From: Clostridia bacterium
GTDB taxonomy: Bacteria > Bacillota > Clostridia > Christensenellales > UBA1242
Direction: 5' to 3'
DNA: 64,000 nt
Assembly (NCBI GenBank): GCA_028709705.1
Contig: JAQVWL010000001.1
Location: 96,855 to 160,854 of the forward strand
The translations under genes and the position numbers were made by a program. The notes under the pieces were generated by a model. It searched no databases, had not been told where the DNA came from, and worked only from the letters and a program-made list of their open reading frames with translations. This document shows, one piece after another, positions 8,983 to 19,700 of the stretch (positions within the stretch are counted from its first letter, which is position 1; each line of letters begins with the position of its first letter).

Positions 8983-10074
8983 GTGGATTTAATAGAAAGA
9001 AGGCAAAAGTTGGAAAGTTTGGGGGTTCACGACTTACGAAATATAGGCAGAATGTGGGGGATACCATCTCCAACAATAATAAAAAAGGCACAACTAATTG
9101 AATCTATTTTGCAAGTTATGTCTGGCGAAAAAAGTTTTAATAATAGGAATAGGGCAGGAAGACCTGTAAAAAATAAATTGATGTCAAAAGGCTTTAAAGA
9201 AAGTTTGTTGCCCAATGATTTGATAAATTTTGCAGATAACAGAAACAAAAATGAATTTTTTGTTGACAGGTTTTTTGCTTTTGAACAAAATATCGAAACA
9301 GAAATCTCTGATGCTTTGGAAAGCAAAGAAGGTTATTTAAACACTCACAACAAAGACTTTTTCTTTTGTTGTTTTGATGATGACAGTTTGACCTATGTCC
9401 CTGATGTTTTGGTTGCTCAATATGCTCTTGAAGTGGGCGACAAAATCAAAGCACATTGTTCCAAAATCAAAGCAAAACCTTATTATATTGCAAGGCAAAT
9501 TTGTCTTATCAACGATATTTGTGCAAAAAATTGTTTAAGAAATTTGGGCTCTATGAAAGATATTGTTCTTCCTGAAAATCTTGTTGCTATTGACAATATT
9601 GTTGAAGGCGAAAAATATCATAGTTTTTATAAAAATCATATTGAATTTATTACCGAAAAACAAAACACGATAAACAAATTTATTGAAAAAGGCTTCAAAA
9701 TTGTTGTTATTGGCGTTGGTCTTCCAGCAGACGGACTTTTAAAAATAAAAAAATATATAGACTGCATTCCATTTGTTAGTTTTTTTGAATTTGAACCGCT
9801 ATATTCTTACGAAACTTTAACAAATGCAGTCAACCATATAACAATAAGGGCAAGAATGGGTGAAAAATTGCTTGTTTTGGCTTTGGATGTTGAAAATATT
9901 TTTACTGAATTGGATTTGTATTTTATGGCAAAAGGCGAACAACGAGATGTTCATACATATAGCACAATAACATTGTTAAGAAAATTGACAGGTATAAACA
10001 GATGCTTGTCAAATGGTGGAAGTATTACACTTTTTACAACAACTTCAGACGAAAAATATAGACAAATGGTGTAG
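8983..10074 (+). CDS. Rho-like protein lacking a P-loop (degenerate Rho paralogue)
   Basis: Start set at GTG 8983 (GGAGG 5 nt upstream). It has a Rho_N-like segment (LESLGVHDLRNIGRMWGI...KKAQLIESIL) and a cold-shock-like segment (EGYLNTHNKDFFFCCF...GDKIKAH). The C-terminal part is colinear with the Rho ATPase tail (KLLVLALDVENI...NGGSITLFTT). No GxxxxGK[ST] motif occurs anywhere. Confidence 0.5.
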   Translation: MDLIERRQKLESLGVHDLRNIGRMWGIPSPTIIKKAQLIESILQVMSGEKSFNNRNRAGRPVKNKLMSKGFKESLLPNDLINFADNRNKNEFFVDRFFAFEQNIETEISDALESKEGYLNTHNKDFFFCCFDDDSLTYVPDVLVAQYALEVGDKIKAHCSKIKAKPYYIARQICLINDICAKNCLRNLGSMKDIVLPENLVAIDNIVEGEKYHSFYKNHIEFITEKQNTINKFIEKGFKIVVIGVGLPADGLLKIKKYIDCIPFVSFFEFEPLYSYETLTNAVNHITIRARMGEKLLVLALDVENIFTELDLYFMAKGEQRDVHTYSTITLLRKLTGINRCLSNGGSITLFTTTSDEKYRQMV

Positions 10075-10095
10075 ATTAAAAAGAGAAAAATTTGA

Positions 10096-10203
10096 GTGCG
10101 AAGCCTCGCACCCAAGATAATGCAATAAATTTTTGCAGATTTATGCAATTCACTGCGTGAATGCCATATGCCAACGCATATGCAATTTGCCTTTCGGCAA
10201 ATT
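10096..10203 (+). other. array of five back-to-back short stem-loops
   Basis: GTGCGA-agcc-TCGCAC (10096-10111). TGCAATAAAT/ATTTATGCA (10121-10147, one bulge). ATTCAC-tgc-GTGAAT (10148-10162). CATATGC-caac-GCATATG (10165-10182). AATTTGCC-tttc-GGCAAATT (10184-10203), which is followed by a T-run and is probably the terminator of the Rho-like gene. Confidence 0.7.
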
Positions 10204-10228
10204 AAGGTTTTTATTTTAAAAATTTATT

Positions 10229-10628
10229 AGTAGTAACGAAGGTAAACGGGGACGCTAGCAACTGACACGAAAGCGTTAGCGGAAGGGTCAGTTGGCTACG
10301 TCCCCTTGACACAGGCAAAAACTTGCCTTTGTGCTTGTTTTTTGTTTCACAAAAAAGCATCGCTTTATCAGGCAAGTTTTTGCTTTTACGGACCAAGCGA
10401 AAACCGCATTTCATTGGCGGTTTTGTCCGTACTTTTTTTTGAAAGCAGATGTTCCAAGAATTATTATCAAATTGTATTACAAAAAACAGGTCAAGGGGAC
10501 GTAGCACCCTTGACCGTTCGCCTACGGCTCCTGTCAATTGCTACGTCCCCGTTGACCTTCGCTCCCGTGTCAGTTACTACCGTCCCCGTTGACCTTCGCT
10601 TCGTGTCAGTTACTACGGACCCGTTGAC
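10229..10628. repeat. composite nested-palindromic repeat element, copy A
   Basis: Left arm: F unit GGTAAACGGGGACGCTAGCAACTGACACG (10241-10269) plus R' unit GGTCAGTTGGCTACGTCCCCTTGAC (10286-10310). Centre: 178 bp. Right arm: F' GGTCAAGGGGACGTAGCAC (10489-10507) plus three tandem R units (10531-10557, 10566-10594, 10602-10628) at a 36-37 bp period. F/R and R'/F' are reverse complements. Confidence 0.9.
10388..10440 (+). terminator. two-tier rho-independent terminator inside element A
   Basis: Outer stem ACGGAC/GTCCGT (10388-93 / 10425-30). Inner stem AAAACCGC/GCGGTTTT (10400-07 / 10417-24). Then T8 (10433-10440). Confidence 0.75.
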
Positions 10629-10659
10629 TTACATTATAAAACGCAAAAAGGCAAAATTC

Positions 10660-10688
10660 AAGGTGAAAAAAATCACCTTTATTTTTTT
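10660..10688 (+). terminator. rho-independent terminator upstream of the giant-gene promoter
   Basis: AAGGTGA (10660-66) pairs with TCACCTT (10673-79), A6 loop, then TTTATTTTTTT. Confidence 0.7.
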
Positions 10689-10730
10689 GCAAAAAAATGT
10701 CTAAAAATAAAAGATTGTGTTCCAATTTGC

Positions 10731-10759
10731 TTGATAATTTGTTGTCAATAAAATATAAT
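10731..10759 (+). promoter_or_regulatory. sigma-A type promoter of the 15.8-kb gene
   Basis: TTGATA (10731-36), 17-nt spacer, TATAAT (10754-59). AGGAG RBS at 10771-75 and GTG start at 10784. Confidence 0.55.
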
Positions 10760-10783
10760 AAGAATATATAAGGAGTTGTTATA

Positions 10784-13700
10784 GTGCCTAATGTAAAACT
10801 AAATTTTTGGACAGTTTTTGTCTTGATTGCAAGTGCATTGATAATGACACTTGGTTTTGGTGTTTATAACAAAGCAATAACCGAAAATGTTTTCGCCGAA
10901 ACAACAACCTTAAACACTCAAACTGAAACAACTTCTTCGAGTACTTTGTCTAACAATACTTTAATAAAAAACGAAAATCCAGACCCTGTTGGTGTTGATA
11001 TAGAAGTTTATCTTAATATAAAATGTGGGGATGGAGGAAGTTATTTTAAGGTCCTATTTGTAAATGTTTATGGAATTGGCACAGAACTGATAAGCACTGG
11101 TGATTGGGCTCAGAGTGGCAGGAGAATTATAATTGACAGTGCTAGTATTTATTTATACTATCCAACTGCCCAAAATGGATATGTTTTTGATAAATTTTTT
11201 GTTGACGAAACAGGCAATAGTAGATATGTCTCCGCCAGCGAAGGCACAACAGTTAGTATAAGTCACTCAGCAAATATTGTTGCATTATTTAAACCTATAA
11301 CTTATAGCATAACCTACGACCTGGACGGCGGTTCGGCAAGTAACCCAACAACATATAATATCACTTCTTCTTTTTCATTAACTGCACCAACAAAAACTGG
11401 TTATACTTTTACAGGTTGGACAGGTTCAAATGGTTTAAGTCCACAGCAAAATGTTTCTATTTCAAGCACAACGGGCGACAAAAATTACACAGCAAATTGG
11501 CAACCAAACACATACAACATTACTTTCAACAAAGGTAGTGGAACAGGTGGAACTTCCTCATCAGTTTTCACTTATGATTCAGAATTGCCAGGTATTACCC
11601 CTCCATCGCAAAGAGGTTTTGATTTTAAGGGTTATTATACTGGTTCAAATGGTAGTGGAACATGTTATTACAACGAATATTGTACTTCCCAAATCACCAA
11701 ATTCACTAGTATCAACGTTTCAAATTTATACGCATATTGGGTGTCAAAATATTACACAGTAACACTAGACAAGCAAGGTGGTTCGGGCGGAACAAGTTCG
11801 GTTCAAGTGCAAAATGGAAGTTCAATGCCTGCAATAATTCCGCCAAGTTGGTTGGGGTATACTTTTGTGGGTTATTTTGCAAATACAAATACAAACAGTA
11901 CAAAATACTATAATTCAAATGGAACGGGAGCAACTACTTGGGATAAAACAGACAATGGCACAATCAATGCAGTTTGGACGCTTAATTCTTGCAGTTTATC
12001 AGTTAGTAAAGACAGCGGAATCACTGCATTCAACTATTATGCGGGCAGTTGGTCGGGCAATGTTGAAAGTGCAAGTCAAAGCAATATAAATGCTTTAAGC
12101 ATTTTAGAATTTAGAGTTTTAGACACTCAAATAAAAACAGGTTATGTGTGGAATTGTTGGCAAATATCAGGAACTGCGGGCGTTGACTATGATTTTTTTG
12201 GCGGAACAAACAGCACAAGTAAACAAATGAGTTTGAAAATTTACAAAAGCATTACCTTAATAGCAACAACCAAAATTGGCGTTTCAATCAGTTGCGTTAA
12301 TAACTCAACAGGGCTTTATACTGCAAATGGAGCGGGCGGTTCAGTCAAAATTGGAAGTGGCGAGTATGTTCCATCAATAACAGAAGGCTTTTTAAGTGGT
12401 GCTTCAACAACTTTAAGCACAAAAGGCAATTTTGCTTACACTTTTTTAGGTTTTTTCACTGCGTTTGATTCAAATGGCGGAATTGGCGAGTCTTTGACAT
12501 ATCAAACATATAATGCGGGAACCGAAAATCAATATTTTTCAGTTAATATTGCCAATATTTTGGCACCACAAAATTATTATGCAGTTTATGAAATTGAATG
12601 TTATGACCTTAATTTGTACGCATTTTCCACACATACAAATCAGTATGAAGAAATTCCCGACTTGTATGGTGGTATTGTAAAAATTGGCAACCAAACAGGC
12701 GGAGCAATTGATTATGGGCATGTGGGCTACACCCTTCAAATAAATATAAATGCAGAAGCAAATGATGGTTATAGATTTATTGGTTGGTATGACACTTATG
12801 AAGACTTGGTTGCCGATGTTGCAAATACCCAAATGATAAGTAACAATGCAAACTATTTCTTTTATATGGAAGATTATGACACTGATTTTTATGCAAAATT
12901 TATAAAAACACACACTGTTACTTTAGTTGCAACAACGGGCATAAGTTCTGTTTCTATTGAAAACAAATCAGGCACAACTGCTGAATATTATTACGGCGAA
13001 AGTATAGGCTTGTTAAGTTGTGTTGTTGATGAAATAAGATACACTTGGAAAAATTGGGAAGTTACAAGCGGAACAGAACCAAGCGGAACAACTATTCAAT
13101 TAAAAGGTCAAGAAATTTCTGGTCTTGTTATGAACGGTTATGATTTTGAATTTACCGCTTACACAACAACCAAAAAATTCGATTTGAATATTTACACAAT
13201 TTACAATGACTCTGGCACTCTTGTTAACAATTACACAAACGGAACAAATTATGGCGGTTTGGTTTCAACAACAAACTTGTCAAACGCAGTTCCTTATTAT
13301 AGTAATATAAAAGTAGAATATAATACTTTTGATGTAAATATGACCGCATTTGTCAATGAAGGTTACACTTTTATGGGCTGGTACAAAGATGTTGATTTTG
13401 TTTCAAATACTTATTCCACACCATACTTGCAAGGCACAACTTCGGGCAGTGCAATCAGCATAGAACCAATGGCAGTCGAAGGCTTGACATATTATGCTAT
13501 TTTCACAAAAAATTATAAAGTTTCTATCTATGGCGATAGCGGAATTTATAGTTTGACATTAACCAATGGCTCACAAGTGCAATACGATACTGACAAATAT
13601 TATTTGGAAGCAATTTATTATTATGGTCAACAAATAGAAAGCATTACCGCAACAATTGGTTTTGGTTTTGATTGGGAAGAATGGGTTTTGGGCGAGTCTA

Positions 13701-16700
13701 GCACTCTTTTGATAAATTTTAACCTTTTAGACAGAGTTCAAACAACAGAAATTTTTATGGGTGCAGGTGATTGCGTTTTGACTGCAAACACCTTTGCAGA
13801 CCAATATCCTTTGCATGTAAAGGCATATTACACTGACAATGGTGTTTATCATTATGGAAACAATGGTGGAAGCATTCAAATTGCAAGCCGTGAAATTGCT
13901 AGCGAAGATGGATTGGACCTTGATTTTCAACAAAAAATTGCAATAACAGCGTATCCCGAAGAGGGTTATTGCTTTGTTGGTTGGTTTAAAACACAAGTGT
14001 TAACTTATCCCAATGAAAATTTATATTCAGGCGATTTGTCAACAATGACTGAACCTATGCAATCAAATGAAAATGGTTTGACATATATTGCAGTTTTTAT
14101 AAAAACATATACTCTTACATTGACAAAATGGGAAGGTATTAACTCTGTTAGCACAACAAAAGAAAGTTATTATTATGGCGAAAGCGTTGGAATTAATGCT
14201 ATTGTTACAAGCGGTTATGAATGGGATAAATGGTTTTTGGTTAATGGACTAGCACCTATTGATTTTGATGAAAATTTGCAACTTCAAACAATAAAAATAC
14301 AAGGCAATGTTGTATTGGCTGCGTCAACAAAATCTCAAAAATATACATTAGATGTCACCGAAATGTATGAATTAACTAATGGTTCATATACAGTTGGCAC
14401 AACGGGCGGAACAGTAAACGATGGTGAAATGTCTTATTTGGCGGACATTGTTTCTATTATTACTGAAAACGAAGGATTTGAATTTGCTGAATATTTTCGT
14501 GATGAAGCACTAACAAATTCTTATGGTGGCGAAGTTATGCCACAAAACGATTTGACTTTGTACGCCAAATTTAAAAGAATTGAATATCAATTAACAACAA
14601 ACAATATTTATACTTCTGCTTTGGATAATCAAACCTTGATTGCAGGAACAACTGGCGGGCAAATTTATTCAAACAACACAATAAAATATGGTTGTCAAAC
14701 AGAGTTAACCGCAGTTGCAAGTGATGGTTTTGCTTTTAGAGGTTTTTATTTTGACAACCTTGGCACATCAGTTTACAAATTGGCAGAAGATTGCAATTTT
14801 GCAAACGGGAATTACACTTCATCAACCGAAGTTATGGGGACTGACGGTTTGATTTATTATGCTATTTTTGAAAGACAAACTTATACAATAGAAACAACAG
14901 GGCAGGGAACAACAATAACTTGCCCAAGCACTGCTTATTTTGGTAAATCAATTTCTTTTCAAGTAGAATATAATGATGCCTATGTTGTTTCAGCAATAAA
15001 TATATATAATGCAGACAATATTTATGAAACAGTAAATTATTCTAACAATCAGTTTGTTATGCCATATTTTGATATTGTTATAGAAACAGTTGCCACCGAA
15101 AAAAATTATCAAATTACTTTTAATCCCAATGGTGGCAGTTTTGATGGTTACACAGGTGTTGATGTTAGCGGAAACATTATAGGAAACACTGCATACTTAA
15201 CAAACAATTATTTGTATTATACAAACGCAGAAAAAACAAATTTTGTTTCAGGCGCACCACTTCCAACAAGAAATGGTTACAAACTTTTGGGCTTTAACAC
15301 TGATGCAAATGCTTTGGGAACTTATTATGTTTCTTACAACAATAGTTTTTCTTATGCAATTTGGAATTTAAGCGAAGATAAAATGCTTTATGCAATTTGG
15401 CAAATACAATCTCCTTTGCTAAATATTGAATATGTTAGCGGAACGCAAACACAATACAATGGTCAATACCAATCAGCATTAAGAGTGTCAGTTCAAAACA
15501 TTGTTCCAAACAAAAATTATATTTTTGAATGGTTTAACAGTGAAGGGCAACTAGTTTCTCAAACAACAACAAATCAAACCTCAAATGTATTGTCTTTAAG
15601 GAATGTAAATCAATCAAGTTTATATTACTGCAAAGTGTCAATAGAAAATGAAAGCGTTTTTACTGAATCTAGTTCATTGTCTTTTTCAATAACCACAATA
15701 GATTTGACAATTGATATTGGCACGCAAACTTACATAGGTTCTTACTTATATTTGCTTTCTAATGAAAATATATCAGGTTTGTTAGAAGGTCACAGATTTG
15801 TTAGCGGTTATTTAAGTTTTAACAGCGGAACCGAAGACATTATATATACTAATATATCAAATATTAACCACCAAGTTATCATTGAAGTTTTTGATGGCGG
15901 TGTTTGGACAAGTCAACAAGGTGGAGACTTGATTGACAATTATAACATTATTTTTGCTAGCACGGTTACAGTAAAACCTATCACTCAATCTATCAAACTC
16001 AATGTTGGCGGATATGAAAGAACGATAGACAGTAACACATATTTAGATGTTTTTTCTGAAAATGTTTTGTCAAACACATTGTTTGATTTTGGTTATGAAG
16101 GCGGTTTTGGGTCTTTTAACACAATTGAAGATAATGGAACAATTTCAAATTATTTTGAATTGGATAACATAAATCAAACTTTGACTATTACTTTTACTCA
16201 AATACCAAATTATTATAAAATTTTTGCATTATATGTAAACAATGTTAGCGTAAATTACACAGTTGACTTATACAACGAAAATATCATTTCCTTTGATTTA
16301 ACAGCAGGTATGTTGTCTTATAACTCTGAAAACGATTTTTGGGACGCTGTTGTCAAAGTTTATTTTACCAATGTTTGCTTGATAGAATACAATTACAATT
16401 TTGAAGTTTTAGAAGTTGAAAACGGCTTTGCAACTTTTGATAACAATTATCAAAAATCAATAATACAAAACGGGCAAAATTTTGTTGCTCCAACAACACC
16501 AACAAAAGTTGGTTTTTGGTTTGATGGCTGGTATTTTGACAACACAACTTTTGCAAATCAAGTTCCAATGGTATGGAACAAAACGGGTAGCACAACCATA
16601 TATGCAAAATGGACCCTTGCTGACCTTACCGCTCAAAATATTTTGGTTGAAGTTTATGACAACAATATTCTTACCGAATTGTTTAACAGGGCATATAACA

Positions 16701-19700
16701 CTAACTCTTTTGAACTAAAATTTGTTTCAACAAATCCAAGTATTACATATCAAGTTGTTTGGTACAAAAACCAAGATGGCTGGAAAGTTATTGAAACTTC
16801 AAAAATTTCAAACATAAAAAATGTGCTTGACGGTGGCGAATACTCTTTAAGTGTTAAAGCGATATACAATAGTCAAACAAAAAATCTTGCTTATGGCGTA
16901 AAAACTATTTTAATTAATATTTCTCCTGTTGAATTGACAATAGATTTTGACATTTCAAAGATTTATGATTCAACAACTCAACTAGGCAATTACAATATTG
17001 ATACCAATATCAATGGCGAACAATTCAATTTGGCTGGGCAATATAGCAGTCCAAATGTAAATTTGGTGGGCGGTGTTCCAAGTCAAGTTGCAATTTCAAA
17101 TTTTGCACTTGTCAGCATAAATGGTTCATTGCCAAGCAATTATAGTTTAACAAATACAAGTTTGTTTGGAACAATTATTCCTTTTGAATATAATATAGTA
17201 AAAAACGAAACAGCGGTTTATAACGGTGCAAGTTTTTCTAAAACTTTTGCACAAAACATAACGCTTCCAAAAGGTTATATTCAGTCAATAAATTACACAA
17301 TCAACACAAGCAGTGCAAATGTTGGAATTTACACTCCAAACGATTTAATAAATAATCTTTATCTTGATTTCAATGCAAGTGCAACAGGCTTGATTGCAGA
17401 CAACTATATTATCACACTTGGAAACGCAAGCAGTGTTGAAATAACAAAAACAAATTTACAAAATATATATTTTTCAGATCAAACAAAAATATATAATGCA
17501 GAATCACAAATGATAACCCTAAAAGATGCCTTTGGCGGAGATTATTCAACAGAAAACTTGCCAGATGGTTCAATAGGATTTGAATTTAAGCAAAATGAAA
17601 ATATTGTTACAGGCTTTACAGACTTTGGAACTTATTTGATAACGGTAATAATTTATGCTGACCAAAACCACAATGATTGGACAGACTCCGCTTCTTTGAC
17701 AATAAACAAAGCGATTATAAGTATTGAGTTTTTGTTCAATGGCGAAGCACTTGCACCAGCATATATTTACAATTCAGAAATTGATATGTATAGCAATTTG
17801 ACAATAAACGCTACCAATGAAAGCGGAACAAACTGCTTGCCAAATGATTTGACCAAAAAAGTTTTTCAAAACGCAATGGAAGTTTTTGAAGTAACAACCC
17901 CTAACGAATATGTTATAAAAGCGGAAAATTACAACACAAACTACCAAATTCAAGGCAATGACTCACAAAGTTTCAAAATTGTTGCAAATCAATATATTGT
18001 AAGTGAAGATATAACTTTTGAAAATGCAAGTTATGTTTTCAATGCAGAAAATCAAGCAAATTATTTTGTAAACCAAAACTTGATACCAAACTTGCCAGAA
18101 GGCATAGAAACTGCAACAACTATTGTTCAACTTTTTGATGGAACAAACTACAACATTGTTGCAACTGCACAAAATGTTGGTGTTTACAAAATAACGGTTG
18201 GCTTGCAATCACAAGACCCAAACATTTGGCAGTTCGACACTTCTTCAATTACTGCTTATTTGACTATCACTCCTTTTAATATAACCAACGAAAACACAAC
18301 AATTTCTGCAAACAAAATTTATAATGGTTTAACAAGTTTGCCAGCAAATGCAAAACTTAACATAACAAGCCTTTCTCTTCAAATTGCTTTTGGCGGTGTT
18401 TTTGCAAGTGCAAATGTTGGAACAGACATTGCAATAAACAACTTAACTATAAGTGATAACAACTTTACAATCAATCCAAGTTTTGTTGCAATGGCAACCA
18501 TAAGCAAAGCAAATTTGACAATAAACTTGTTTGAAAATGGAATTTCAGGAAATTACATACAAAAATCTTACGCAGATTTGGTGCAAATTCAAATAAACAA
18601 AAGCAATGCAAGCAAATATACAGTTGGTTTGCAAAATAACCAATATGCAGTGATTTTGTTTGAAGCGATTGGCATAGGCGGGGGACAATACCCTTTCAGT
18701 GATGAAAATCCAGAAACAAATCATTGTTTAATAAATGGTGCAATCTCTATTTATAATTCTAGCGATACCTTAATACCAAATGGCATAGAAAATTATAATT
18801 TACAAATAAATGGCGGAATTGAATTGCTAATGTTTATTTCTGTTCCCGAATTTTCAAACTTGACAAACTTGGTTTACACAGGGCAAAACTTACCAATTCA
18901 ACTAGTTTTGTCAAAATACAACGAACTAACAGAACAACTTGAAACGTTGACATACACATATGATTATGCAAACGAGTATTTTATTGACGAAAATTTACTT
19001 ATAGTAGATGATTTAGTGTTAACGATTTTAGGAGCGGGCAGTACATTGAAAAATGCGGGCGAATATACTTTGACATTAACAAGTCCAAATTTTTCTTATT
19101 TGTTTGTTTCAGAAGGCGAAAATCAATACACGACAACAGTTATTGTTGAAAAAGCACAAATCACTTTTAATTTAGGCGATAGGTTATTTGTTTATAAAAG
19201 TGTTTTTGCATATTCAAACGACACTGCTTATAGCGGAGTTAATGGCGAAACTTTTTATTGCAATTTTACTTACAATGGCAACACAACAACTTTGCCAGTT
19301 GGCGTTTATCCATTAACAAATTTAACCACAATTTATGAATTTAACACCAGCAAAACCAGCACAGGCGATTTTACAAACTATGATATAACAATAATAGGCA
19401 ATTTGTTTATTTCCGCCAGAACAATAACGATGACGGCAGGATATGATTTGCTTGGTTTAATTTATTCAGCCGAGGACCAAATTTCAAGCGTTAACGCCGT
19501 TATTCTAACATTTTATTACTTTGACAATCCTTACGCAGTTGATGCAAGCGACTACACAAAAAAATATTATTTGGGAGCAAATGAAGTCAGTCAAATCATA
19601 AATGCGGGAACATATACAGTAAAATTTACTTCAACAAATTACAACCTTACAGGCACTACAACTTTTGAATTTACAATTTCACAGAAAGAAATAACAGCAA

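Noticed and set aside
10531-10628. Possible CRISPR array, because a 29-nt unit repeats three times at a 36-37 bp period (also 48154-48218, two copies).
   Set aside because: The spacers are only 7 nt long and nearly identical (TTCGCTC/TTCGCTT). There are only 2-3 copies, the units have inverted partners forming a large palindrome, and no cas genes are present.
10211-10704. ORF-track entries 10211..10537 (-, 108 aa) and 10306..10704 (+, 132 aa) across the repeat element.
   Set aside because: They overlap each other on opposite strands and have no RBS. They run through palindromic repeats and terminators, and their open frames are explained by the G+C-rich repeat units. The same applies to 48282..48542 (+, 86 aa) over copy C.
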